DNA from: an uncultured Verrucomicrobiae bacterium
GTDB lineage: Bacteria; Verrucomicrobiota; Verrucomicrobiia; Chthoniobacterales; UBA10450
Length of the DNA stretch: 64,000 bases
Direction of reading: 5' to 3'
Assembly (NCBI GenBank): GCA_963735805.1
Contig: CAVTMK010000004.1
Coordinates: forward strand, 288,001-352,000
The translations under genes and the position numbers were made by a program. Under the pieces are notes generated by a model. It was not told the DNA's origin. It saw nothing but the letters and a program-made list of their open reading frames with translations, and did no database searches. Within the stretch, counting starts at the first letter, position 1; every line of letters begins with the position of its first letter. Shown here one piece after another: positions 38,743 to 48,922 of this stretch.

Positions 38743-40257
38743 TCATTTCTTTTCCTGGACGCGTGTAAAAATCCCCAAAGCTTCGTTTGCGAAGCCCTCA
38801 GCACTTCCGTCCTCACCGATCATAAATGTTGTGGTCGAGGGAACCTGGGTTGCGCCGGGAAATTGCATCAGGAACGCGCCATTATTCCAGTGTTTTAGCG
38901 TTGCGACATATTTCGCCGGACCAAATTGGACTTTCAATGCATCGCCATCGTGCAGGATCTCGCAACGGCCATAATAATCATTTTCGTAAGTACCGACTAG
39001 CGATTGCAGTGTGCCATTGAATTTCCCCGGATTCTTTGGTGTTGGCGGGGGCGCCAGGAATTTCTTCAGTTGTTGGTTGAACTCGAAAATCGCTTTTTGA
39101 TCCGCTTCGGGATCAAGGCCCAACAGTTGATTCAGAAAATACGCGCGCACAGCTTCGGGAAACGCGGTCAGATTGAGGTTGGCGAGAACGACAATTCCGG
39201 CGTTTTTATCAGGCACAAGCACCAGAGTCGTCCGCACACCTGCGAGAGCGCCACCTTTTTCAATGACCTGGTGTCCCGCATAATCATAACTGCCCACACC
39301 GAGTCCATAATAAAAACCGGTTTTGTCGCTGATTGGCGGCAGATCGCTGAAATCGATTTTGCTGACCATGCTGCGTTTGAAAATTTCTTCGACTGTTTCG
39401 GGCTTCAATATCTGTTTGCCGTCATACGCGCCCTTGTTGAGAAACATCAGCATCAATTTCGACATGTCCGCTGCCGTAGACGTGCCGGAACTAGCCGCTC
39501 CGGTGATGTCCAGTTTTGTTGGTTCGACCACGACAGCTTTGCCACCGACCAGCGCGTGCGCGGAGGTGGCGTTGGGGTCTTGCAAATCTTTCGTCCGCGT
39601 CCCGGACCGTGACATTTCCAAAGGTTTGAACAAGCGTTTTTCGACAAGATCGTTCCATGATTGCTGCGACGCGGCTGCGGCAACTTCACCGGCAACGAAA
39701 AATCCCGGATTCGAATACTGCGCTACCTCGCGCAAGCTGTATCGCGGCTTGAAAAACCGAAGGCGTCGCAATATGTCTGCGCGGTCATAGCCAAAACTGT
39801 CAAGCGCATCGCCTGTGTAGGCCGGCCAACCCGTGCGCTGCGCAAGCAAATCGCGTTCGGTCATGTACCGTGTCATGTACGGGTCGTAGCCGACAAATTC
39901 CGGCAGATAATTGAAGATCGGTGTGTCCCAATCGAGTTTACCGTCGTCGACAACCGTTGCCGCCGCCGCGCCGGTTAATGTTTTCGTAACTGATGCCAGT
40001 TGGAAGATCGTATTTTCGTCCACAGCGCCCGGTTTTGTCACATCGCGGATGCCATATCCTTTGAGCAAAACCGCTTTGCCGTCTTGCACGACTGCCACCG
40101 CGGCGCCCGGGACCTGATATTCCTTTAACGCTCTGGTGATGAATGCATCCAGATTCTGGATCGGATCATCCCCCGATGCGGCGGGAGCCGACTGCGTGGG
40201 CAAGAGGAAAGCCAGCGTCAAGAGACTAATGAGAGCAAACGTTCGCATGAGGATCAT
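38743..40257 (-). CDS. Serine hydrolase (beta-lactamase/AmpC-like) with DUF3471-type C-terminus
   Basis: Signal peptide, F.LASVTK (SxxK), YSN, KGG, GTYE..YYG. Confidence 0.9.
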   Translation of the reverse strand: MILMRTFALISLLTLAFLLPTQSAPAASGDDPIQNLDAFITRALKEYQVPGAAVAVVQDGKAVLLKGYGIRDVTKPGAVDENTIFQLASVTKTLTGAAAATVVDDGKLDWDTPIFNYLPEFVGYDPYMTRYMTERDLLAQRTGWPAYTGDALDSFGYDRADILRRLRFFKPRYSLREVAQYSNPGFFVAGEVAAAASQQSWNDLVEKRLFKPLEMSRSGTRTKDLQDPNATSAHALVGGKAVVVEPTKLDITGAASSGTSTAADMSKLMLMFLNKGAYDGKQILKPETVEEIFKRSMVSKIDFSDLPPISDKTGFYYGLGVGSYDYAGHQVIEKGGALAGVRTTLVLVPDKNAGIVVLANLNLTAFPEAVRAYFLNQLLGLDPEADQKAIFEFNQQLKKFLAPPPTPKNPGKFNGTLQSLVGTYENDYYGRCEILHDGDALKVQFGPAKYVATLKHWNNGAFLMQFPGATQVPSTTTFMIGEDGSAEGFANEALGIFTRVQEKK

Positions 40258-40316
40258 TCTTATCTTTCCATCCCCTGAAACGCAAACAGAGCGACGAACG
40301 TCGCAATTTGGCGAGG

Positions 40317-40829
40317 TTACAACCCAATCGGGTGCCGGGCGTCAAATCCTCGCGGTGGACGATAAATGGTCTGCCAGCGCGGCGCCCATTTGCCGGTATA
40401 TCGGTCGTATGGTGTCGTATCAAGTCGCAGCCCGGCAATAATGGCGAAGGTATGCCCCTCACGCGCGTAGATGGTGATCCATTTGCCTGGGCCGCGCTCT
40501 CCATAGCTGCGGAACTCGGTCGAGCTCATCGGCGAACTAATTAAACCCGCCGCTCCAAGCACATAGGAGATTGTTCCGGAACAATCGTAGCCGTGATCAT
40601 CGAATGATTTATGACCGCCACCGTAGCGATATGGTTTGTGGCGAAGTTGATTGGCTGCCCAGATTGCGCGTTTGACTGCGAGCGGTGCATTCTTCGGCGC
40701 AGCTGCTTTGCCAAAACGAATACGGGCGGTTTTCCCAGACACAACAGGTCCAGATGGCGGAAAGAGATCCGCCCTCGCGGAGTTGCCGATCCATCCCAAA
40801 ACAACAATAACCAGCCACGCTCGAAGCAC
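40317..40829 (-). CDS. NlpC/P60-like peptidoglycan endopeptidase
   Basis: PYRYGGGH, YDCSG..S..L, GHTF; start uncertain. Confidence 0.85.
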   Translation of the reverse strand: MLRAWLVIVVLGWIGNSARADLFPPSGPVVSGKTARIRFGKAAAPKNAPLAVKRAIWAANQLRHKPYRYGGGHKSFDDHGYDCSGTISYVLGAAGLISSPMSSTEFRSYGERGPGKWITIYAREGHTFAIIAGLRLDTTPYDRYTGKWAPRWQTIYRPPRGFDARHPIGL

Positions 40830-41110
40830 TGCGCGAAGGTGCTGGCCCAGCGGAATCTGATGGTTAATCGGACAGATAGACTTCCTCCAGGAGCGTGTCG
40901 TATCCCAGAAAGTGTCCGGATGAAAAGGAAAAAATTACGGCTGGTCTTTGAGGGGGTTAGAGAACTCGCAGCGCCTGCGCTCATGCTGGCTTTTGGACTA
41001 GAAAATAGGCGACCGGCGGTTCGCCCTTTGCGCCCTTGCGAATTCCGCCGGTCAACCAACCGAAAATGTATCAACTCCGCCGCCGAGGGAATCAGCGGGC
41101 GAAGTATATA

Positions 41111-41773
41111 TTAGCCTGCGTCTGCGTAACCGTGGTCTGCTTCGTAGGAGCGGATTGCTCGCCGTGTCTGAGGGCCCAGGACGCCGTCGATTGACCCGCG
41201 ATAATATCCAGCGCGGGAGAGTCGGCGTTGGAGCTCAGCCACTCTCGACCGGGTGGGAGAGCTGTATTGCCTATTGTTGCCGTAGCCGTACCCATACCCG
41301 TTACCGTAGCCATAGTCCCCGTATCCGTTACCATAGCCGTAGTTCCCGTAGCCATAGCCGGGATATCCGTAGCCGTAGTAACCGTACGGATAACCGTAAT
41401 CATAATATCCGTAATAGGGGTAGCCCCAGGAAGGATAGCCCCAGCCCCACCACCCTGGGAAGCCGAAACCACCGATGAAGATCACATTATTATGGCCGTG
41501 ATTATGATGCCAATTGCCGTTCCAGTTGCGCCCGTTCCAGTTACGCCCGGCCCAATTTCGGCCATTCCAATTTTGTCCATTCCATGCCCGGCCGTTCCAT
41601 GTCCGCGCACCCATCCCAGGCCGTCCAACCATTCCCGGGCGCCCGGCCATTCCGGGGCGTCCACCGAAAGAATGACCGCCGCCACCGCCGTGCGGCGCAG
41701 CTGTCACCAACGGGGAAGTCAATGTTACGGCAAAAAAGTAACTCAACGAAAATACAAGCCTTGAATGATTCAT
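41111..41773 (-). CDS. Secreted Gly/Tyr/Trp-rich protein with C-terminal peptidoglycan-binding domain
   Basis: Signal peptide, GRPGM and RxWNG repeats, YG-rich tract, PG_binding_1-like V..LQ..L...GYY.G.IDG.LGP.TR.AI. Confidence 0.85.
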   Translation of the reverse strand: MNHSRLVFSLSYFFAVTLTSPLVTAAPHGGGGGHSFGGRPGMAGRPGMVGRPGMGARTWNGRAWNGQNWNGRNWAGRNWNGRNWNGNWHHNHGHNNVIFIGGFGFPGWWGWGYPSWGYPYYGYYDYGYPYGYYGYGYPGYGYGNYGYGNGYGDYGYGNGYGYGYGNNRQYSSPTRSRVAELQRRLSRAGYYRGSIDGVLGPQTRRAIRSYEADHGYADAG

Positions 41774-41950
41774 GTTAGGTGGGGTTTCTAATTATTAGAC
41801 ACCGCACTCCCAAGAAAGTCTCGGTTTTTTTTACGGTGGCTGAAGAATAAATCGGATGGATGTCAGCGCTCGCGTACAGGCACAAAGCAGAGTTTCGCTC
41901 TGATTACTTGCTCGCCAGTACCCGGTCGCGACGATTATCGTTTCGCAGAA

Positions 41951-43258
41951 ATGAAGATGGTCCAGCGGGCTGCCATTCTCATACTGTCTGTCTTCGCCTG
42001 TCACACGTTTCGTGCGGCTTTGCCGGCACATAGCGTGAGTCCGTCGCGACAATTCGTCATCTACGGCGGGGATGCGGCGCTGCGAGGGACGATTTCCGAA
42101 CTTTCAGAGCAGACTAAGACGAATCTCCTCGCCCTATTGCGCGAGCGCGACGAATGGAAAACTTCCGTTATAATTAGTTTGCAACGACAACAGGCGAACC
42201 TGCCCAAAGTTCCACCAACCGACTTGCGAGTCAGCCAGACCGGCTTTGGTGTGAAGCTGCAACTCGATTTGACGGTCGGTCAAGACCTCGACGCTTCGTT
42301 GATTGAGCGCCAGCTACTGCGCGCCGTTCTGCTCGAGATGATTTATCGAGACGAAAACGATCTACTGCCCGGCTCCAGACTTGTCGAACCGCCGGACTGG
42401 CTGCTGGAAGGTGTGCTGGCGTTGACGCCGGGCCGAGAACGGGAGCCTCTGATAGAGGCGCTTTCAACAACCGAGAAACGAAAGTCATTAGAGGAATTCC
42501 TGGGCCAGCGATTCGGTCTTCTCGATTCCGCTGGACGCATCCTTTACCGGGCCTATTCCGTCGTACTCGTGCAATTGCTCCTTCAGCAGGGAGGTGGACA
42601 CGCCCATTTGGCCCGTTACATCGCGAATCTTTCGCGGACGTCGAATGATCCGATTGGTGATTTGAAGGCGTGGTTTCCGAGTTTACGCGAGGACTTGGAT
42701 AAGAAATGGCGTTCGATGGTTGTTCGGCTGAGCAACTATCCAACGTACCAGTTGCTGACCTTTGCCGAAAGCGAACGACGACTTGATGAATTGTTGCAGT
42801 TCAAGATTTCAGGAGGGACACGCAATCGCGGCAGACCAGAAACGGTGAATCTTACCGAGCTTACGCGCCGCAAAGCGTCGCCAGAAGAAAAAGCCGCGAC
42901 CGACCAAATGAGCCAGGCGTTGCTATTGCTTGTGGGGACTGCGCATCCAATTATGCGTCCGGTGGCCCGCGAGTACCAGCAAATTGCAGCGTTGCTCGCC
43001 CGTGGGAAAAGGAAGGGAATTACAAAACGCCTGTCGCATTTGGACGTTACTCGCAAGCAACTCGCCGCTCGAATGGGCGAGATTGATGATTACATGAACT
43101 GGTTTGAAGCCACACAAATGGAGAGTCGGAGTGGCGCTTTCAAAAATTACCTCAAGGCGGCAAATGAAACAGAGGTCTCCGCATTGAGGCGACGCGACCC
43201 GCTCTCAGTGTATCTCGATGCGCTTGAAGATCAGCTCGAGTCTTCCGGGCCGGAGTGA
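41951..43258 (+). CDS. Exported hypothetical protein, possible degenerate peptidase MA-like domain
   Basis: 435-aa ORF, N-terminal signal, P.WL.EG motif. Confidence 0.7.
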   Translation: MKMVQRAAILILSVFACHTFRAALPAHSVSPSRQFVIYGGDAALRGTISELSEQTKTNLLALLRERDEWKTSVIISLQRQQANLPKVPPTDLRVSQTGFGVKLQLDLTVGQDLDASLIERQLLRAVLLEMIYRDENDLLPGSRLVEPPDWLLEGVLALTPGREREPLIEALSTTEKRKSLEEFLGQRFGLLDSAGRILYRAYSVVLVQLLLQQGGGHAHLARYIANLSRTSNDPIGDLKAWFPSLREDLDKKWRSMVVRLSNYPTYQLLTFAESERRLDELLQFKISGGTRNRGRPETVNLTELTRRKASPEEKAATDQMSQALLLLVGTAHPIMRPVAREYQQIAALLARGKRKGITKRLSHLDVTRKQLAARMGEIDDYMNWFEATQMESRSGAFKNYLKAANETEVSALRRRDPLSVYLDALEDQLESSGPE

Positions 43259-43400
43259 AGGACTATCTAGATCGCTGCGTGATGCTATCCAATTCTCAAC
43301 ACTCCAATGCTCCAATAACTCCATTTGCCGGACGGTAGTTGCCGGTTCCGTGTTTGGCGATTATGCTTCAAAGCGCGTTTAAGACGCGCCTTTTTCATCC

Positions 43401-43848
43401 CATGCAAAAAATTGGATTTGCTGAAGCGCTTGATTCCATTGTGAGGAGCGACCCGCGGTACCAGCGGGACTCATACGTTTTTCTGCGTGATGCGCTCGAT
43501 TTCACGACAAAACAGCAGAAGAAAGTCAAAGGGACCAGCGTCCGCCACGTGACGGGTCCGGAACTCCTGGAGGGTCTGCGCCAGTACGCGCTAAAGGAGT
43601 TTGGACCGATGGTCATGACGGTTTTCGATAATTGGGGCATTCATTCGTGCGGGGATATTGGAAATATGGTTTTTAATCTGATCAGCGCCGGAATATTCGG
43701 AAAAACCGAGGAAGATTCGATAGAAGATTTCAGAAATGTCTATGATTTCGAACAGGTTTTTGTGAAGCCGTTCGCGCCGGAAAAACCAGCGGCGACCAAG
43801 GCACGGGCGGGTTTGCCGGCGCCGAAGGCGACTGCATCCAGAAAGTGA
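43401..43848 (+). CDS. PVC-restricted conserved protein (Minf_1886-like)
   Basis: DPRY...Y.F....L, HV.G.EL..G.R..AL..FG.M, WG.....D.G..VFNL, D...DF. Confidence 0.85.
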
Positions 43849-43896
43849 TCAGCAACGACTGATCGCTGAGGACGCCGCCGGCGTCCGGCCCAATCC

Positions 43897-46536
43897 ATGG
43901 CTCGCATCCCACTAGCAAAGTTTTCCTCAGCGGTTCTATTATTTATGATGGTCAATCTCAAAGCTGCTACCACTGAACCTTCCCCTGTCATCACGTTCCC
44001 GCCGAGCTCGGCGCACAAGTGGATTTTGCCAAACGGGCTGACCATCATCGTGCAGGAAGATCATAGCGCTCCTGTGGCTAGCGTACAGGCGTGGTGCGCT
44101 ACTGGAAGCATCGACGAGGATCAGCACCTCGGCGCGGGGTTGTCCCACATTCTGGAACATATGCTCTTCAAGGGAACAAAGGCCCGCGGGAAAAATGAAA
44201 TCGCGCAAAAAATCCAGGACGTTGGTGGTTACATTAATGCTTACACATCGTTCGATCGCACGGTTTTTTGGATAGACGTCCCAAAAGATGGCGTTGCTAG
44301 CGCCCTCGATATTTTGGCGGATGCGATGATGAATTCGACGTTGCCGCCGGAGGAATATCAAAAAGAACAGGAAGTGATTCGCCGCGAGTTTGCCATGGGA
44401 ATGGATGATCCCGATCGCATGGCAGGGCTGCTGCTTTTTTCCACCGCGTATCAGGTGCATCCCTATCGCTTCCCAGTCATCGGAGAGATCGAAATCTATA
44501 ACCAGCTCACGCAAGAGCAGGTAATGCAGTATTACAAAACACGTTACGTCCCCAACAATCTCACGTTCATCGTAGTGGGCGATGTCGATGCGGAAAAAGT
44601 GCGACAACAACTTGGCGACTTGTTTAAGCCCTATCCGGAGAAATCGCTTCAGCCGGTATTCATTCCGGCGGAACCGCCGCAACTTGGCCGGCGCGAAGTG
44701 AATCAGGAATTTGCCACTGAACTGTCGCATCTCTCACTGGCATGGCACATCCCAGCGGTCACGAACCCGGACGTACCCGCGCTTGATCTACTTTCGACGA
44801 TTCTTGGTGAGGGCCGCAGTTCGCGTCTGTACCGGCGCGTTCGCGAGGAGGCTGGTCTCGCGTTTGGCATATCGGCATTCTCCTACACGCCAGGTGATCC
44901 CGGTTTGTTCGGCATCGATGCGACTGTCGATCCAAAAAAGCGCGAAGGAGCCGAGCAATTGGCGTTGCAAATTGTTGACGAAGTAAAACAAAGTGGCGTC
45001 ACCGCGGATGAATTGACGAAGGCAAAAAAAATCATGCTCAGTCACCATCTCGGAGCGCTGACGACCATGCGGGGCCAGGCCTCGGACGTCGGGTCAAACT
45101 GGTTGCTCACGCACGATCTTAATTTCAGCCGCCATTATCTCGACGCGGTCCAGAAAGTAACCCTGGACGATGTCAAACGCGTCGCCGCGCAGTACCTGAC
45201 GGAAAACAATTTGACGGTGATCTCGTTGAATCCAAAGGGTTCGCTGACTGCCAAAACGGAAGGTCCGAAGGTCGCCGCTGCCGGTGAGATCAAGAAATTT
45301 GAATTATCAAACGGACTGCGTCTTCTGGTTCGCGAAGATCCTCGTTTACCACTTGTGGCGATGGGCGCGGTTTTTCGCGGCGGCCTTCTTGCGGAAAATC
45401 CGCAGGACAACGGTATCACGCATCTGATGGCGAAAGTGCTGTTGAAAGGGACCAAAACGCGCACCGCCGAGCAAATCGCAAACGAGATCGAAACGGTAGG
45501 CGGTTCCATTTCGAGCGAGTCGGGCAACAACAGTTTTGGCGTATCGGTCGATGTCACGAAACCCGATCTGAAACTTGGCGTGGACTTGCTTTCTGACGTC
45601 CTGCTCAATGCCACCATGCCGGAGAAGGCGATCGCGCGTGAAAAAGAAATCCAGATCGCGGGGATCCAGCAGGAGGACGAACAACTGACGACGGTTGCGC
45701 GCAACATTATGAGGCAGGCGCTCTTTCAGCAGCATCCCTATGCGCTGCGCTCAAACGGATCGGTGGAGTCCGTTCAGCATTTAACGCAAAAAGATTTGCT
45801 GGAATTTCGCGATCGTTATGTAGTCGCAAAAAACGGCGTTATCTATGTTTTCGGAGATGTTAAAGCAGCCGAGGTAAAGCAGCTTGTGGAACAGACGTTC
45901 GGCAAAATGAAGCCTGGCGCACTGGCTCTTACCGACGCAAAGCCGTCCACGCCGCTGGGCAAACCAGAGACTGTTGAAAGTCGCAAAGACAAGGCGCAAG
46001 GCGTGATCATGGTTGGTTTTCGCGGCGCGAGCTTATCGAGTCCGGATCGCTATGCGCTGGAATTGATCGACGAAGCGAGCAGCGATCTCGGTTCGCGTTT
46101 CTTCATCCGCATTCGTGACCCAGGTTGGGCTTATTATGTCGGCGCAAGCCAGATGCAGGGTCTTGTTCCCGGACTTTTTGCGTTTTATCTCGGCACGGAT
46201 CCGCAAAAGATCGAGCCGGTGAAAAGCGCGTTGCTTGATGAGATTCACAAGCTGGCAAAGGAAGGTCTGACCCCTGAAGAATTAGCGCGCGCGAAAAAGA
46301 AATTGATTGGGCAACAGGAGATCGCCAATCAAAGCAACGACGCTTTCGGTTATCATTGCGCGCTGGACGAACTCTACGGACTCGGCTTTGATTACTACAA
46401 GCAACTCGACCACGATGTGAACGCAGTAACGCTCGAGAACATTAAACAAGTGGCTGCGAAATATTTTCGCGATCAACCGTATGTTTTGGCAACGGTCCGA
46501 CCTCCGGAAGGTTCCGCAGCTGCGAAACATAAATGA
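43897..46536 (+). CDS. M16 family zinc protease (pitrilysin-like, fused halves)
   Basis: HILEHMLFKGT, NAYTS.D; second half lacks the metal motif. Confidence 0.94.
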   Translation: MARIPLAKFSSAVLLFMMVNLKAATTEPSPVITFPPSSAHKWILPNGLTIIVQEDHSAPVASVQAWCATGSIDEDQHLGAGLSHILEHMLFKGTKARGKNEIAQKIQDVGGYINAYTSFDRTVFWIDVPKDGVASALDILADAMMNSTLPPEEYQKEQEVIRREFAMGMDDPDRMAGLLLFSTAYQVHPYRFPVIGEIEIYNQLTQEQVMQYYKTRYVPNNLTFIVVGDVDAEKVRQQLGDLFKPYPEKSLQPVFIPAEPPQLGRREVNQEFATELSHLSLAWHIPAVTNPDVPALDLLSTILGEGRSSRLYRRVREEAGLAFGISAFSYTPGDPGLFGIDATVDPKKREGAEQLALQIVDEVKQSGVTADELTKAKKIMLSHHLGALTTMRGQASDVGSNWLLTHDLNFSRHYLDAVQKVTLDDVKRVAAQYLTENNLTVISLNPKGSLTAKTEGPKVAAAGEIKKFELSNGLRLLVREDPRLPLVAMGAVFRGGLLAENPQDNGITHLMAKVLLKGTKTRTAEQIANEIETVGGSISSESGNNSFGVSVDVTKPDLKLGVDLLSDVLLNATMPEKAIAREKEIQIAGIQQEDEQLTTVARNIMRQALFQQHPYALRSNGSVESVQHLTQKDLLEFRDRYVVAKNGVIYVFGDVKAAEVKQLVEQTFGKMKPGALALTDAKPSTPLGKPETVESRKDKAQGVIMVGFRGASLSSPDRYALELIDEASSDLGSRFFIRIRDPGWAYYVGASQMQGLVPGLFAFYLGTDPQKIEPVKSALLDEIHKLAKEGLTPEELARAKKKLIGQQEIANQSNDAFGYHCALDELYGLGFDYYKQLDHDVNAVTLENIKQVAAKYFRDQPYVLATVRPPEGSAAAKHK

Positions 46537-46539
46537 GCC

Positions 46540-46980
46540 ATGGCTGAAGTCCAAAAAACCACACTGAGCGGCGAGCTGTCACAGCGCTTTATCGAATTTG
46601 TGGTGATGCACGCCCAAAACGCAGCGCTGTTTCTTGGGCAAATTCCAAATCCAAAAACCGGTCAGGGCGAAGTGAACCTCGACCTGGCACGTATGTTCAT
46701 CGATCAACTGGCCATGATTCAGGAAAAAACGCGCGGCAATCTGACGACTGAAGAGGCAAAAGTATTGAGCAACGCGCTTTCCAATTTGCAGATGGCATAC
46801 GTCGAAGTCGCGCGTGAACAGCCTAAAGAGGCTATGCAGCCCGAGCCGCCGGAAGCCGCGCCGTCACCAGAACCGGCGGAACAATCATCGACCGTTAAGC
46901 CGGAGCCCTCAGCTGCCGACAGCTCTTCCGGGCCCGAGACAGAATCGCGTAAGAAATTTACCAAGAGCTACGGGCCGTAA
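46540..46980 (+). CDS. DUF1844 family protein
   Basis: A...LG..PNP, A...ID.L.....KT.GNL..EE...L...L..L. Confidence 0.88.
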   Translation: MAEVQKTTLSGELSQRFIEFVVMHAQNAALFLGQIPNPKTGQGEVNLDLARMFIDQLAMIQEKTRGNLTTEEAKVLSNALSNLQMAYVEVAREQPKEAMQPEPPEAAPSPEPAEQSSTVKPEPSAADSSSGPETESRKKFTKSYGP

Positions 46981-47121
46981 TCGGGGCAAATTGCGCTGCT
47001 TTCTATAGCCGACCTCGTTGACGCCGGTCTCCAACGCTAGGGACAGCTTTCGCGGGCCATCTGATCGAAAAGGTTCCTGATTACGAGAACACAAACATCA
47101 GTGCGAGGCGCGCGCTCTACC

Positions 47122-48153
47122 CTAGCGCTGGCTGGTGCGCTCGGCGGGCGTGGCGCGCGGACGTGGCTTTGCTTTCGCCGTTTTGCGCACGGTGATGGTT
47201 CGCTGACCAGCGACGGCAGGAGCAGGACTGGGCGATGCTTCGGCGTACTTCTTTGTAGTGGGCCAGATCAAGCGCCACGGTTGAGTCTTAATTGTCTCGC
47301 TGAATTGCTTGATGTTTTCGCCGGCTGGCTGGAGCTCGGTCGTTGCGACCTTTAGTTTTTCCGATGAGCTCCGCAGGTTTTGCAGGGTGACTTGGATGTT
47401 GTCGTTGTCCGTAAGACTGGTGCTGATCTTTTCGATGTTGGCCAGTGAATGCGAAAGCGCACTGTCCGGCGCAGTCAGGTCGACCAGATGTTGGCCGAAC
47501 GTTTTGAACTGGCCCAGCGCAAGTGTGAGCTCGGAGTTCTCGTCCGTGAGACGATTTAGGTTTTGCGCGGTCTGCTGAAGGTCTTTCATCGTGTTGGTTG
47601 CTTCGGCTGCAACCGGTTTGATCACTTCCAGCATTTTTGCTGCGGCTTCGCCCAGATCGGGTGTGCGTTCGCCGGCGTATATTTCACCATCTTTCGCACG
47701 GCCGGAATCACTCGTACCTTGGGTGAAATCGATGGCCAGGTCTCCCAGCAACCCGAGCTGCATCATTCGCACCTTGGCGTCGCGATACACCTTGGCGCTC
47801 TTGTCCACCTGCACATCCACGCGCACCTCGAATCGCGGTTTGCCCGGCGTTGCTGATGGGCTTGGACTTGGATTTGCTTCGGACCGATGCAATGCCGCTT
47901 CTGCTGCTTCGGCCTGTTTTTCTTCCTGCGGCGTCACCGGCGAAAATAATTTCTGGACCTGTCCGATCTTTCGACCGGCCAGCATTACCGGGGCGCCTTG
48001 TTTAAGCCCGGCCGCGTTATCGAAGTAAATCTGGTAGGTCACCAGCGGTCGGAACAACCCTGGTGCACCGAGCAAAACCAGAAGGAAAGCGACTACCGCG
48101 ATCGTGCCGATCACGAGCAGACCAGTCAGAATTTCATTTTTTTGTAATTGCAT
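47122..48153 (-). CDS. mlaD: MlaD/MCE family protein
   Basis: N-terminal TM, F.NAAGL..GAPV..AG..IG.V, GLLGD..I, helical tail. Confidence 0.9.
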   Translation of the reverse strand: MQLQKNEILTGLLVIGTIAVVAFLLVLLGAPGLFRPLVTYQIYFDNAAGLKQGAPVMLAGRKIGQVQKLFSPVTPQEEKQAEAAEAALHRSEANPSPSPSATPGKPRFEVRVDVQVDKSAKVYRDAKVRMMQLGLLGDLAIDFTQGTSDSGRAKDGEIYAGERTPDLGEAAAKMLEVIKPVAAEATNTMKDLQQTAQNLNRLTDENSELTLALGQFKTFGQHLVDLTAPDSALSHSLANIEKISTSLTDNDNIQVTLQNLRSSSEKLKVATTELQPAGENIKQFSETIKTQPWRLIWPTTKKYAEASPSPAPAVAGQRTITVRKTAKAKPRPRATPAERTSQR

Positions 48154-48922
48154 CGAGACTACCTTCCAGAATTGGACCTTCAGTGCTGCCGCTCACGAAC
48201 TGCGCGACCACCGGATTTTTGGAATGCTTGAATTCTTCAGGTTTGGCTTCTTCAATGATTGTTCCCTGGTACAACATAGCCATTCGCGTGGCTATGCGAA
48301 AGGCGCTGTCCATTTCGTGGGTGGCGGTAATGGATGTGACCTTCGATTTCTCGCTCAGGCTGATAATTAATTCGTCGATCACCGACGCAATGACTGGGTC
48401 GAGTCCGGCCGAGGGCTCATCCAGTAGAAGCAATTCGGGGTCGAGCACAAGCGCGCGCGCCAGCGCAACCCGCTTTCGCATTCCACCACTGAGCTCCTCA
48501 GGCAGCAGCTCCTTGGAATCGGCCATGCCAACAAGTTCTAGTTTTTCATCGACAATCTTATCGATCTCACTGCGCGATTTATCGGTCAGCTCTTCCAGCG
48601 GCAACGCAACGTTGTCGCGCACATTGCGGGAACTCAGCAGTGCTGAATACTGAAAGACCATGCCAATGTGCCGTCGCACTCGTTGAAGCTTGCGGCGGGA
48701 CAGGCGCGTGATTTCAAATTGCTTGAAGAAAATCGAACCGGAATCGGGGCGCAGGGTGCCGAGTATCAATCGCAAAATCGTGCTCTTGCCACCACCGCTC
48801 TGGCCCATGATTACCAGACGTTCGCGTGGCTCGACTTTGAGCGAGACGCCGTCGAGCACTTTCTTTTCCTCGAACCGCATGTGCAGATCGCGCAGTTCGA
48901 CCATCTGCAGCGGGGTGCTCAC
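48134..48922 (-). CDS. mlaF: MlaF/Mkl-type ABC ATPase
   Basis: Walker A GQSGGGKS, LSGGMRKR, DEPSAGLDP, THE; GTG 48922 overlaps the mlaE stop. Confidence 0.93.
   Translation of the reverse strand: MSTPLQMVELRDLHMRFEEKKVLDGVSLKVEPRERLVIMGQSGGGKSTILRLILGTLRPDSGSIFFKQFEITRLSRRKLQRVRRHIGMVFQYSALLSSRNVRDNVALPLEELTDKSRSEIDKIVDEKLELVGMADSKELLPEELSGGMRKRVALARALVLDPELLLLDEPSAGLDPVIASVIDELIISLSEKSKVTSITATHEMDSAFRIATRMAMLYQGTIIEEAKPEEFKHSKNPVVAQFVSGSTEGPILEGSLDAITKK

Noticed and set aside
40830..41100. c-di-AMP (ydaO) riboswitch upstream of the NlpC/P60 gene
   Set aside because: A hairpin (GACCGGCGG...CCGCCGGTC) is present but the GCTGAAT and GTCAGCTAAC-type motifs are absent.
41270..41660. CRISPR-like periodic repeats
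   Set aside because: These are coding repeats (YG and RxWNG) with no unique spacers and no cas genes.
46105..46135. RIRDPGWAYY in the M16 protease, one residue shorter than the usual REx(2)GLAY pattern
   Set aside because: The frame is intact; a local variant cannot be told from an assembly artefact without reads.
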